Part shown: positions 9,055 through 19,559 of the stretch, piece after piece
Position numbering within the stretch: position 1 is the first letter of the stretch
Layout of the letters: each line of letters begins with the position of its first letter
Assembly (NCBI GenBank): GCA_963708025.1
Contig: CAVPSB010000011.1
Span: 13,749 to 77,748, forward strand
Reading direction: 5' to 3'
Source of the DNA: an uncultured Candidatus Rokubacteria bacterium
GTDB lineage: Bacteria > Methylomirabilota > Methylomirabilia > Rokubacteriales > DASRDR01
DNA: 64,000 nucleotides
Made by a program: the position numbers and the translations under genes
Notes under the pieces: model-generated
The model's database searches: none
The model's input: only the letters and a program-made list of their open reading frames with translations
Told to the model about the DNA's origin: nothing

Positions 9055-9906
9055 TCAGGACTCCTCCACGATCGGGTTCCGGAGCACGCCGATCGAGCTG
9101 ATGTCCACCTCCACCTCGTCGCCCTTCTTCATCCAGACGGGCGGATCACGCCGCGATCCCACGCCACCGGGCGTCCCGGTGGCGATGACGTCGCCGGGGG
9201 CGAGCGGCGTGAAGCTCGTGACGTAGGCGATGATCACCGGGATCGTGTAGATGAGCAGGTCCGTCGTGGCGCGCTGCAGCTCGCGGCCGTCGAGGCGCGT
9301 GGACAGGGTGAGCCGCGTGGGATCGGGGATCTCGTCCGTCGTCACCACCCAGGGTCCGAACGCGCCGGAGGCGCGGAAGTTCTTTCCGGGGGTCCACTGG
9401 GTGGTGTGGCGCTGGAAGTCGCGCACCGAGCCATCGTTGAAGCACGCGTAACCCGCGATGCACCCGAGGGCCTCCGCCTCCGGCACGCGCCAGGCCGGCT
9501 TGCCGATGACGACGGCCAGCTCGCCCTCGTAGTCGAACTGCTCGCTGAGCCGGGGCTTGACCATGGGCTGGCCGTGCCCGACGACGCTGTCGATGAAGCG
9601 CACGAAGATCGAGGGATGCGGCGTCTCGGTGCGCCCCGTCTCGGCGACGTGCGTCTTGTAGTTGAGGCCGACGCACAGGAGCTTCTCGGGATCCCGGATC
9701 GGCGGCAGGAGCTCGACCTCGTCCAGCGCGGCGTCGGGCGGCTGGCCGGCGGTGGCCGCCCGGACCTCGCCGAGGGCCTCGGCGGCCAGCACGCCCCGCA
9801 GCCCCGCATAGCGGCCAGCCAGGCGTCGCCGGGCATCGACGACCCCGCCGTCAACGGCCACCCCGAACGTCTCGACTCCCTTGTGCCGATACGTGACGAG
9901 CTTCAT
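9055..9906 (-). CDS. Fumarylacetoacetate hydrolase family protein
   Basis: CVGLNY, FDYEGELAVVIGK, NDGSVRDFQ, GKNF, GDVIATGTPGGVG. Confidence 0.95.
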   Translation of the reverse strand: MKLVTYRHKGVETFGVAVDGGVVDARRRLAGRYAGLRGVLAAEALGEVRAATAGQPPDAALDEVELLPPIRDPEKLLCVGLNYKTHVAETGRTETPHPSIFVRFIDSVVGHGQPMVKPRLSEQFDYEGELAVVIGKPAWRVPEAEALGCIAGYACFNDGSVRDFQRHTTQWTPGKNFRASGAFGPWVVTTDEIPDPTRLTLSTRLDGRELQRATTDLLIYTIPVIIAYVTSFTPLAPGDVIATGTPGGVGSRRDPPVWMKKGDEVEVDISSIGVLRNPIVEES

Positions 9907-9951
9907 GCACGCCTCCCTGAGTGGTGACCGCCCTGGTGAAGGATCCGCGCC

Positions 9952-11810
9952 CTACGCGACGATGGCCGGGTCGAAGCGGAGCACGACGTAGCCGCCGACC
10001 GCGCCGGCGCCGAAGCCGGGGGCGAAGATCCGCATCGGCCGCGTGATCACGCCCTCCTTCACGGCGTCGACCAGGGCGATGGGAATGCTGGCCGACGAGG
10101 TGTTGCCGACCCGCTCGATGTCGAAGTAGAGCCGCTCGGGGGCGATGCCGGCCGCCCGCGCCAGGCCGACCACCATGGTCTTGTTGGCCTGGTGGGGGAC
10201 GATCAGGTCGATGGCGTCGAGCAGGGAGCCGGCCCCCCCGTCCGGGTGCGGGAGGGCCGCCAGCTCGCCGATCATCTGGCCGAGGTAGCGCTTGACCAGC
10301 GCCTTCACCTCCGGCCCGTACACGGTGATGTTGTTGTCGAACTCCGGGTTGGGCCAGATGATCGAGTCCACCTCGCTCATGGGCCCGCTGGCGTAGGTCT
10401 GGAAGAGCTCGATGTCCGGGGCCGCCCCGATCGGGGCGGGGCCCACGACGAGGGCGCCGGCGCCGTCGCCGAAGATCATCCGGGAGGTCCGCACGGTGCC
10501 GATCTTGTCCGAGAACTTCTCCCCGCAGACCACCAGCACCGGCCGCTCGACCTCCTGGAGGAGCCGCACCGCCTCCGACAGCCCGTACGGCAGCCCGGCG
10601 CAGGCGGCAACCAGGTCGCAGGAGACGTGGGTCTGGAACATGCCGAGCTGCCCCGAGAGCCAGGTGGCCAGGGACGGCATCATCTTCGCGCTGGTGCAGG
10701 AGCAGAAGAGCACCGCCCCGATCTCCTCGGGACGCCGGCCCGGCCTTGTCCAGCGCCTGCTGGGCCGCGATCAGCGACATGTGGTCGAGGTCCAGCTCGG
10801 TGTAGCGCCGCTCGACGATCCCGGTCTTCTCGCGGATCTCCTCGGCGCTCATGGGTGACCAGCAGTAGGCCGCGTTGCGGATCAGGTCGTCGTTCGTGCA
10901 CACGCGCTCGCCCTTGTAGACGGCGAGGGCCTCCAGCCGCGGCATCACCACGAACCGCTTCCGCACGTCCACCGGCGGATAGGGGGCGGCCGGCGGGCGC
11001 GACGGGGCCGGCGCCGGCTTGCGGGGCCGGCTACGCGGGCCGCGCTTGACCCGGCGGATGAACTGGAGGACCTCGTCGTTGCGGGGGTGGAAGACGACCA
11101 CGAAGTCGTCGTCGTGGAGCTTGCCGACCTCGGTCGCCCGCGTCTTGGCCCGGTCCCAGCGGTACTGGTTGTGGAGCACCATGGCCTGGCGCAGGAGCGC
11201 CTCCAGCTCGGGCACCTCGTGCGCGCACTCGATGATGTCGTCGTGGCCGTAGCCCGGGTAGTCGGCGTCGTAGTCGAGGAGGTGGTAGGTCAGGTTCCGG
11301 GGATCGCCCAGGATCTCCGGCACGGTGGGCTTGATCGCCGGCAGCTCCGCCCCCGCCCCCTTCTTGTGGCGGAAGACGTCGAGCAGGATGCGAGAAGACC
11401 TTGTCCTCGGTCCCGAGGTCCCAGCTGGCCGGCAGCGCCCGGTAGCCGGCCTCGATGGCCGCCGACAGCTCGAGGGCGTCCCAGGGCTTGTAGACCGGGA
11501 GGAAGACGTCGTCGCGGCGCCGCGGCACGTCGCGCCAGCGGGTCGGGCGCTTGACGTACATGGTCAGCGCGTAGCGGTTCACCCAGAAGAGGTTGAGCGC
11601 GAGGTCGCGGAGCAGCTCGTAGCGGCTGCGGTACCCACGCGACTCCACCCGGGCCACGATGTCGGTTTCCGTCGGCGCCTTCTCCTCGAAGTCGCGCTTG
11701 ATGACGCCCGCGAACTGGTCGAGCGTCTCGAAGATCGAGAAGTCGAGCTCCGGGAAGAAGTTCCCGGGAAAGACCATGCGGCCATAGCGGTTGAGCAGGA
11801 AGGGCTTCAT
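9952..11810 (-). CDS. 3-oxoacyl-ACP synthase III (FabH-like) with ~290-aa N-terminal extension; frameshifts near 11390 and 10735
   Basis: KTGIVERRY, DLVAACAG (Cys), IFGDGAGA, PHQAN, GNTSSASIP, GFGAG; RBS GAGG before ATG 11810. Confidence 0.85.
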
Positions 11811-11910
11811 CGAGGAGACCTCACTTCCGTGGCGACTGGAGCAGCGACCGGGTCCGCGGCGGGCACCCTGCCGGCCATTCTAGCAAAGCCGTGAGGGGGC
11901 CGGGGGGCGC

Positions 11911-11940
11911 TTGACACCCCCGACGGCGCTCGGCTATAAG
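11911..11940 (+). promoter_or_regulatory. sigma70-type promoter TTGACA-N18-TATAAG
   Basis: Near-consensus hexamers upstream of the ABC operon. Confidence 0.7.
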
Positions 11941-12034
11941 GGAGCCAGCATCCCTCGTGATCGGCCGACTGACCGTTCCCCGAGGCCTTTGTCCACGCGG
12001 CCTTAGGCGCACCCGACTGGCTGGCAGGCGCTCC
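11941..12034 (+). ncRNA. Candidate structured 5' leader (possible riboswitch-like cis-element)
   Basis: Begins immediately after the -10 box; GGAGC/GCTCC, GCCAGC/GCTGGC, CCTCG/CGAGG and AGGCC/GGCCT pairings; no family assigned. Confidence 0.4.
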
Positions 12035-12114
12035 GCGCCGCGCCGGCGCCGCCCGGGTGGTCGGACCGCCAGGCCACCGGTTCGGCTCGCGCCGGGCACC
12101 GGCTCCTGACCCCG

Positions 12115-13110
12115 ATGGGTGTCCTCCTCGACGTCCGCTCGCTCTCCACCGAGTTCGCCACGCGGGGCGGCGTCGTGCGCGCCGTGGACACCGTGTCCTG
12201 GGACGTCCTGGAGGGCGAGACCGTGGCGCTGGTCGGGGAGTCGGGCTGCGGCAAGAGCGTGACCGCGCTCTCGATCATGCGGCTGGTGCCGGCGCCGGGC
12301 GGACGGATCGTGGGGGGACAGGTGCTGTTCAAGGGGCGCGACCTCCTCGCCCTGTCCGAGGAGGAGATGCGCCGGGTCCGGGGCCGCGAGATCGCGATGG
12401 TCTTCCAGGAGCCCATGACGTCCCTCAACCCGGTGCTGACGATCGGCCGCCAGCTCACCGAGGGGCTCGAGATCCACCTCGGGATGACGCCGGCCGAGGC
12501 CCGGCGCCGCGCCGAGGAGCTGCTCGGCCTGGTCGGCATTCCCGACCCGGGCCGCCGCCTCCCCCAGTTCCCCCACCAGTTCAGCGGCGGGATGCGCCAG
12601 CGGATGATGATCGCGATGGCGCTCGCCTGCCAGCCGGCGCTGGTCCTGGCCGACGAGCCCACCACGGCCCTGGACGTGACGATCCAGGCCCAGATCCTCG
12701 AGCTGATGAAGGACCTCTCCCGCCGCCTGGGCGCGGCGATGCTCGTCATCACCCACAACCTCGGCGTGGTCGCGCGGTACGCCGACCGCGTCAACGTCAT
12801 GTACGCCGGCAAGATCATCGAGCGCGGCACCGCCCGCGAGCTGTACGCCAGCCCCCGGCACCCCTACACGCTCGGCCTCCTGCGGTCGGTGCCGCGGCTG
12901 GACGAGCCGCGGCGGGCCCGGCTCCAGCCGATCGAGGGCCAGCCGCCCGACCTGACGCGCCTGCCGCCCGGCTGCGCCTTCACGCCCCGCTGCGCGTTCG
13001 CGGTCGAGCGCTGCCGTCGCGAGCGTCCGACCCTCCGTCCGGCCGGTGACGACGGTCACGTCACCGCCTGCTGGGAGGCGGAGCGGCTGGCCGCGGAGGC
13101 GCTCCGGTGA
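12115..13110 (+). CDS. Peptide/nickel ABC transporter ATP-binding protein (DppD/OppD-like)
   Basis: [37 protein letters not shown]. Confidence 0.95.
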   Translation: MGVLLDVRSLSTEFATRGGVVRAVDTVSWDVLEGETVALVGESGCGKSVTALSIMRLVPAPGGRIVGGQVLFKGRDLLALSEEEMRRVRGREIAMVFQEPMTSLNPVLTIGRQLTEGLEIHLGMTPAEARRRAEELLGLVGIPDPGRRLPQFPHQFSGGMRQRMMIAMALACQPALVLADEPTTALDVTIQAQILELMKDLSRRLGAAMLVITHNLGVVARYADRVNVMYAGKIIERGTARELYASPRHPYTLGLLRSVPRLDEPRRARLQPIEGQPPDLTRLPPGCAFTPRCAFAVERCRRERPTLRPAGDDGHVTACWEAERLAAEALR

Positions 13111-14100
13111 GCGGCAACGGCGCCGCCGGCGAGGTCCTCCTCGAGGTCCGCGACCTCGTCAAGCACTTCCCGGTCGGCGGGGGCCTCTTCCGCAAGCCGC
13201 GCGGCCTCATCCGCGCCGTGGACGGCGTGAGCTTCGCGATCCGGCGGGGCGAGACGCTGGGGCTGGTCGGCGAGTCGGGCTGCGGCAAGACGACGACCGG
13301 CCGCTGCATCCTCCAGCTCGAGCGGCCGACGTCGGGGAGCGTCGTGTTCGAGGGCCGGGATCTCACGCGGCTCGACCAGACGGCGCTGCGGGCGGTCCGC
13401 CGCCGGATGCAGGTGATCTTCCAGGACCCCTACAGCTCGCTCAACCCGCGCATGACGATCGGCCAGATCATCGCCGAGCCGCTGGCCGTGCACCGGATCG
13501 TGACCGACCCCGCCGCCCGGGCGGCGCGCGACGCAGAGCCTCCTCTCCCACGTCGGGCTCCTGTCCCAGCACGCCCACCGCTACCCGCACCAGCTCTCGG
13601 GCGGCCAGCGCCAGCGGGTCGGCATCGCCCGGGCGCTGGCCATGGAGCCGTCGCTGATCGTCTGCGACGAGCCGGTCTCGGCCCTCGACGTCTCCATCCA
13701 GGCCCAGATCATCAACCTGCTGGAGGATCTCCAGGCCGAGTTCGGCCTGACCTACCTCTTCGTGGCGCACGACCTCTCGGTCGTCCGCCACATCTCGGAC
13801 CGGGTCGCGGTGATGTACCTCGGGCGGATCGTCGAGATCGCCGACCGCAAGGCCCTCTACGACGACCCCCTCCACCCCTACACCCGGGCCCTCCTGTCGG
13901 CCGTCCCCATCCCGGACCCGGTGGTGGAAGCCCGGCGGGAGCGTCTCGTCCTGGGCGGCGAGGTCCCCAGCCCGCTCAACCCGCCGTCAGGATGCGTCTT
14001 CCACCCCCGGTGCCCGATCGCCGTCGAGCGCTGCCGGAGCGTCGTCCCCGACTTCCGGGAGGTCAAGCCGGGACACTGGGCGGCATGTCTCCTGACTTGA
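13107..14100 (+). CDS. Peptide ABC transporter ATP-binding protein (DppF/OppF-like); frameshift near 13530
   Basis: [20 protein letters not shown]; after the shift [31 protein letters not shown]. Confidence 0.92.
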
Positions 14101-14156
14101 TACACTGTCTGGCGAGCTCCCGCGCCGGATCCACCCGAGCCTCCGGAGGTCGTCGC

Positions 14157-15751
14157 ATGCGTCGTCTCTCGGTCTGCGTCGCCCTGCTGGTCGCCACCGT
14201 CGTCGCCGGGCCCGCCGCCGCCCAGGAGAAGCCGCGATCGGGCGGCGAGCTGCTCTTCGTGGTGCCGGCCGAGCCGCCCTCCTACGACGCCCACCGCGAG
14301 TCAACCTTCGCGTTGATCCACCCGGCGGCGCCGCACTACAACACCCTGCTCCGCACCGACCCCACCGAGAAGAGCGGCACCAAGATCATCGGCGACCTCG
14401 CCGAGTCCTGGACCGTGTCCAAGGACGGCCGCACCTACACCCTCAAGCTCCGCCAGGGGGTGAAGTTCCACGACGGGAGCGAGCTGACGTCGCGGGATGT
14501 CAAGGCCACCTACGACAAGATCATCAGCCCGCCGGCGGGCGTGGCCTCCGAGCGGAAGGGCGAGTACGTCAACGTGGAGGCGGTGCAGGCCCCGGATCCC
14601 TCCACGATCGTCTTCCGGCTGAAGTGGCCGTCCGGCTCTTTCCTCTCGTCGCTGGCGTCGCCGTGGAACTGGATCTACAAGGCGGACCTCCTGGCCAAGG
14701 ATCTTCACTGGTACGAGAAGAACGTCATGGGCACCGGGCCCTTCACCTTCGTCGAGCACGTCAGGGGCTCCCACTGGGTCGGGAAGAAGAACCCCGGCTA
14801 CTGGGACAAGGGCAAGCCCTACCTCGACGGCTACCGGGCCATCTTCGTCAGGGACGACGCCGCCCAGGTCGCCGCCGTCCGCGGCGAGCGCGCGATGATC
14901 CAGTTCCGCGGCTTCTCGCCCGCCCAGCGCGACGCGATGGTCCAGGCGCTCGGCAACAAGATCACCGTGCAGGAGAGCCCGTGGGACTGCGCGCTGTGGG
15001 TGGCGCCGAACCACGAGCGGAAGCCGTTCGACGACAAGCGCGTGCGCCGGGCCCTCTCCCTGGCGCTCGACCGCTACCAGGGCTCCCAGGCGCTGTCCAA
15101 GATCGCCATCGTGAAAGAGGTCGCCGGCGTCGATGGTGCCCGGCACTCCGTTCGCCACGCCGCCGGCGGAGCTGGAGAAGCTGGCCGGTTACGGCCGCGA
15201 CATCGCCAAGAACCGAGCCGAGGCCAGGCGGCTCCTCCGGGAGGCGGGCGTCCCCGACGGCTTCGGCTTCAAGCTGCTGAATCGCGGCCGTCCCGATGCC
15301 CTACGAGCCGATCGGGGTGTGGCTCATCGACCAGTGGCGCCAGATCGGGCTCAACGTCACCCAGGAGTTCGCGGAGACCGCGAAGTACTTCGCCGATTTC
15401 CGCGGGGGCGGCTTCGACGTGGGCGTGCACTTCCAGTGCGGGTACATCGTGGAGCCCGATCTCGACCTCTACATGTTCCAGTCCAAGGAGATCAGCCAGG
15501 CCAACTACGCCCGCTACACGGACAAGGCCCTGGACGAGCTGTACCAGAAGCAGAGCCGGACCGCTGACCCCGAGGAGCGGAAGAAGCTGGTGCGGGAGTT
15601 CGAGAAGCGCCTCCTGGACGAGGAGGCCCACTACGTGGCGACGCTCCAGTGGCACCGGATCATCCCGCACAGCGCGAAGGTGCGGGGGTGGACCATCACC
15701 CCGAGTCACTACCTGAACCAGCAGCTCGACACGGTGTGGCTGGCCGAGTAG
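14157..15751 (+). CDS. ABC SBP family 5 (copy 1); frameshifts near 15133 and 15290
   Basis: Signal peptide, GDLAESW, GVKFHDG, GTGPF; collinear paralog of 15779-17371. Confidence 0.9.
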
Positions 15752-15778
15752 GCCGGCCGACACGGAGGAGGTGTCCCG

Positions 15779-17371
15779 ATGCGACGCTTTCTGACGCTAA
15801 TCGTCGCGCTCATCACGGTGGTGGCGCTCCCGGCGCCGGCCCCGGCCCAGGAGAAGCCCCGCCTCGGGGGGGAGCTGGTGTTCCCGGTGCCGTCGGAGCC
15901 CCCGTCCTACGACGGGCACCGCGAGACGACCTTCGGGCTGATCCACCCGATCGCGCCCCACTACAACACGCTCCTGCGCATCGACCCGACCGACCGGAGC
16001 GGCACCAAGCCGGTCGGCGACCTGGCCGAGAGCTGGACGGCCTCGCCCGACGGGCTCACCTACACCTTCAAGCTGCGCTCGGGCGTCAAGTTCCACGACG
16101 GGAGCGACATGACCTCCCGCGACGTCAAGGCCTCCTACGACCACATCATCTTCCCGCCGGCCGGGGTCCTGAGCGCGCGGAAGGAGACCTACCAGGTCGT
16201 GGAAGCGGTGGAGGCCCCGGACCCCCAGACCGTGCGCTTCCGGCTGAAGTGGCCGGCGGGGTCCTTCCTGTCCTCGGTCGCCTCGCCCTGGAACTTCATC
16301 TACAAGGCGGACCTCCTGGCCAAGGATCCCCACTGGTTCGAGAAGAACGTCATGGGCACCGGGCCCTTCACCTTCGTCGAGCACGTCAGGGGCTCCCACT
16401 GGGTCGGCAAGAAGAACCCCAACTACTGGGACAAGGGCAAGCCCTACCTCGACGGCTACCGGGCGATCTTCATCAAGGACGACGCGGCCCAGGTGGCGGC
16501 GGTCCGCGGCGAGCGGGCCCACATCCAGTTCCGCGGCTTCTCCCCGGCCCAGCGTGACAGCATCGTGCAGGCGCTGGGGTCCAAGGTCACCGTCCAGGAG
16601 AGCCCCTGGGACTGCATCCTCATGGTCGGCATCAACCACCAGAAGAAGCCGTTCGACGACCGGCGCGTCCGGCGGGCGCTGACCCTGGCCGTTGACCGCT
16701 ACCAGGGCTCCCAGGCGCTGTCGAAGATCGCCATCGTCAAGGAGGTCGCCGGGGTCCAGGTCCCCGGCACGCCGTATGCCACACCGCCGGACGAGCTGGC
16801 CAGGCTGGCGGGCTACTCGCGGGACATCAACGCGGCCCGGGCCGAGGCCCGGCGGCTCCTCAAGGAGGCCGGCGCCGAGAACCTCTCCTTCACCCTGAAG
16901 AACCGCGGCATCCCGATGCCGTACGAGCCGCTGGGCGTCTGGCTCATCGACCAGTGGCGGCAGGTCGGGCTCACCGTCCGGCAGGAGATCATCGAGCCGG
17001 CCACCTACTACACGGTGCTCCGGAAGGGCGACACCGAGGTCCACCTCGACTTCCAGTGCGGCTACATCGTCGAGCCGGACCTCGACCTCTACAAGTTCCT
17101 CTCGTCCAGCAAGAACCCCGACAACTTCGGCTACTACGACGACAAGGTCCTGGACGACCTGTACCTCAAGCAGAGCCGGTCCATCGATCCGGAGGAGCGC
17201 AAGCGGTTCGTCCGTCAATTCGAGAAGCGGCTCCTCGACGAGGAGGCCCACTACCTCATGACGCTCCAGTGGAACCGGATCATCCCGCACAACGCGAAGG
17301 TCCGGGGCTGGACGATCACGCCCAGCCACTACCTGCACAACCAGCTCGATACCGTCTGGCTGGCGGAGTGA
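15779..17371 (+). CDS. ABC SBP family 5 (copy 2)
   Basis: Signal peptide, GDLAESW, GVKFHDG, PFDDRRVRRAL. Confidence 0.95.
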   Translation: MRRFLTLIVALITVVALPAPAPAQEKPRLGGELVFPVPSEPPSYDGHRETTFGLIHPIAPHYNTLLRIDPTDRSGTKPVGDLAESWTASPDGLTYTFKLRSGVKFHDGSDMTSRDVKASYDHIIFPPAGVLSARKETYQVVEAVEAPDPQTVRFRLKWPAGSFLSSVASPWNFIYKADLLAKDPHWFEKNVMGTGPFTFVEHVRGSHWVGKKNPNYWDKGKPYLDGYRAIFIKDDAAQVAAVRGERAHIQFRGFSPAQRDSIVQALGSKVTVQESPWDCILMVGINHQKKPFDDRRVRRALTLAVDRYQGSQALSKIAIVKEVAGVQVPGTPYATPPDELARLAGYSRDINAARAEARRLLKEAGAENLSFTLKNRGIPMPYEPLGVWLIDQWRQVGLTVRQEIIEPATYYTVLRKGDTEVHLDFQCGYIVEPDLDLYKFLSSSKNPDNFGYYDDKVLDDLYLKQSRSIDPEERKRFVRQFEKRLLDEEAHYLMTLQWNRIIPHNAKVRGWTITPSHYLHNQLDTVWLAE

Positions 17372-17401
17372 TCCGCGGCCTCCGCGACCCCCTCGGCTCG
17401 G

Positions 17402-17426
17402 CCCTCTCCCCCTCCGGGGGAGAGGG
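17402..17426. repeat. REP-like hairpin CCCTCTCCCCC-TCC-GGGGGAGAGGG
   Basis: 11-bp stem between SBP and permease genes; related to 19395-19490. Confidence 0.7.
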
Positions 17427-17464
17427 AACGGGTCCCGTCCTTCGCCGGAGAGGGCGAGAGACCG

Positions 17465-18418
17465 ATGCTGAAGTACGTCGTCAAGCGGCTGCTCCTGATG
17501 GTCCCGACGCTGCTGGGGGTCGCCGTGCTGATCTTCGTCCTGATGCGCGTCGTCCCCGGCGACATCGTGGAGATGCGCTTCGCCGGCGAGAGCGCCTTCG
17601 CCCAGAAGGCCGCCCTGGACCAGGAGCGAGCCCGCCTGGGCCTCGACCAGCCGATGTGGAAGCAGTTCCTCACCTGGCTCCGCGGCATCGTGGTGTTCGA
17701 CTTCGGCACGTCGATGTGGACGGGAGCGCCGATCCGAGAGGAGATCCGGCTGCGCTTCGCGCTGAGCCTCCAGCTCGCGGTGATGGCGACCGTCGTCGCC
17801 GTCTGTCTGGCCATTCCCCTCGGCGTGCTGGCCGCCCTCAAGCAGGACAGCTGGGTGGACTACGCCGTCCGCATCTTCTCGATCGCCGGGCTGGCCACCC
17901 CGTCCTTCTGGCTCGGCATCATCTTCATCCTGACCCTCCTGATCGTCTTCAGGTGGCTGCCGCCCATGGTGTACACGCCGTTCTGGGTGAACCCCTGGCA
18001 GAACCTGGCCCAGCTCATCTGGCCGGCGCTGGCCGTCGGGTACCGCTACTCGGCCGTCGCCACCCGCATGACCCGCTCGGCGATGCTCGAGGTCCTCCGG
18101 GAGGACTACATCCGGACCGCCCGGGCCAAGGGGCTCGCCCAGAAGCTGATCCTGTCCCGGCACGCGCTGAAGAACGCCATGCTGCCGGTGCTGACCGTCA
18201 TCGCCCTCGAGTTCGCGTTCCTGATGGGCGGCCTGGTGGTCACCGAGCAGGTCTTCAACCTGAACGGGCTGGGCATGCTCTTCGTCGAGGCGGTGGCCCA
18301 CCGGGACTACACGCTGACCCAGGCCCTGGTGCTCCTGGTCGCGTTCGTGTTCATCTTCGTGAACTTCCTGGTCGACCTGGCGTACGCCTGGATCGACCCC
18401 CGGATCCGGTTCCGATAG
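17465..18418 (+). CDS. Peptide ABC permease (DppB-like)
   Basis: PGD, GLDQP, DFGTS, TRSAMLEVLREDYIRTARAKGL. Confidence 0.95.
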   Translation: MLKYVVKRLLLMVPTLLGVAVLIFVLMRVVPGDIVEMRFAGESAFAQKAALDQERARLGLDQPMWKQFLTWLRGIVVFDFGTSMWTGAPIREEIRLRFALSLQLAVMATVVAVCLAIPLGVLAALKQDSWVDYAVRIFSIAGLATPSFWLGIIFILTLLIVFRWLPPMVYTPFWVNPWQNLAQLIWPALAVGYRYSAVATRMTRSAMLEVLREDYIRTARAKGLAQKLILSRHALKNAMLPVLTVIALEFAFLMGGLVVTEQVFNLNGLGMLFVEAVAHRDYTLTQALVLLVAFVFIFVNFLVDLAYAWIDPRIRFR

Positions 18419-19315
18419 TGGCCGACGTCACCGCGACCCTCGCCGACGCCGCCGCCCTGGAGGACCGCCGGGGCTGGTGGGCGGTAGTTCGCGAGTTCAG
18501 CCGGGCGCGCCCGCTGGGGGCGATCGGCGCCGCGGTCGTGATCGTGAACCTGGTGGTGGCGATCGGCGCCAACGTGCTCGCGCCCTACGACCCGCTGACC
18601 CCCGACTACGGGGCGATGCTGGCGGCCCCCGAACGCGGCCCACTGGCTCGGCACCGACGCCTTCGGCCGCGACGTGCTCTCCCGCATCGTCTACGGCTCG
18701 CGGACGGCCATGCTGGTCGGCTTCACCTGCGCGTTCTTCGGCGCCACGATCGGCGCGGTCCTGGGCGTGACCAGCGCCTACTTCGGGGGACGCGTCGACC
18801 TCCTCCTCCAGCGGGTCATGGACGTCTTCCTGGCCTTCCCGCTGATCATCCTGGCCCTGGCCGTCGTCTCCATCCTCGGGACCGGGGTCTCCAACGTCAT
18901 CCTCGCCATCACGGTGCCCATGATCCCCCGGGCCGCCCTGGTCGCCCGCTCGAGCGCGCTGGCGATCCGCGAGATGCCCTACGTCGACGCCGCCCGGGCC
19001 GCCGGCTACCGCCACGGCCGCATCATCCTCCGCCACATGCTGCCGAACGTGATGGCGCCCTACCTGATCCTGCTGACCGCGTACCTCGGCCAGGCGATCC
19101 TGCTCGAGGCCTCGCTCTCGTTCCTCGGTCTCGGCGTCGCCGAGCCGACGGCGGCCTGGGGGCTCATGCTGCGCGGGGCCGCCGTGCAGTTCGCCGAGTC
19201 CGCCCCGTGGATGGCGATCTTCCCGGGGCTCGCCATCAGCCTGGCCGTCTTCGCCTTCAACCTCTTCGGCGATTCCCTGAGGGATGCGCTGGATCCGCGG
19301 CTTCGCACCCAGTGA
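18418..19315 (+). CDS. Peptide ABC permease (DppC-like); frameshift near 18630
   Basis: LAPYDP, HWLGTDAFGRDVLSR, YVDAARAAG, HMLPN, GDSLRDALDPR. Confidence 0.9.
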
Positions 19316-19394
19316 TACAGCCCGGGGCGCCTGGCGGGGCCGATACCCGGCTAACCCTGATTCGAAAGAATCGAGTCGGCTGTGAACTCTCTTA

Positions 19395-19490
19395 CCCTCT
19401 CCCCCAGTTGGGGGCGAGGGTAGGGTGAGGGAGGAGACGCATCGGCCCCACCCTCACCCCAACCCTCTCCCTCCCGAGGGAGGGAGAGGG
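19395..19490. repeat. Inverted doublet of REP-like elements (CCCTCACCCCAACCCTCTCCC...GGGAGAGGG)
   Basis: Two hairpin units in opposite orientation in an intergenic gap. Confidence 0.75.
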
Positions 19491-19559
19491 AGCGGATAGG
19501 AAGCCACGCTCGTCGCGTCTGGGCGGCATCAGGAATATCGGATTGGGGCGGCTAGCTCG

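Noticed and set aside
11941-12034. SRP RNA, or SAH/SAM-II/ZTP riboswitch identity for the leader
   Set aside because: The core consensus motifs (e.g. SRP CAGG...GGAAGCAG) are absent; kept only as an unassigned candidate.
13107-15716. Apparent ATPase-SBP fusion (869 aa)
   Set aside because: Caused by the indel near 13530; the ATPase ends at 14100 and the SBP has its own RBS and signal peptide.
19340-19380. GATTC-GAAA-GAATC hairpin resembling the c-di-GMP-I riboswitch
   Set aside because: Lacks the GGCAAACC and GACGCAAAGC elements and the second stem.
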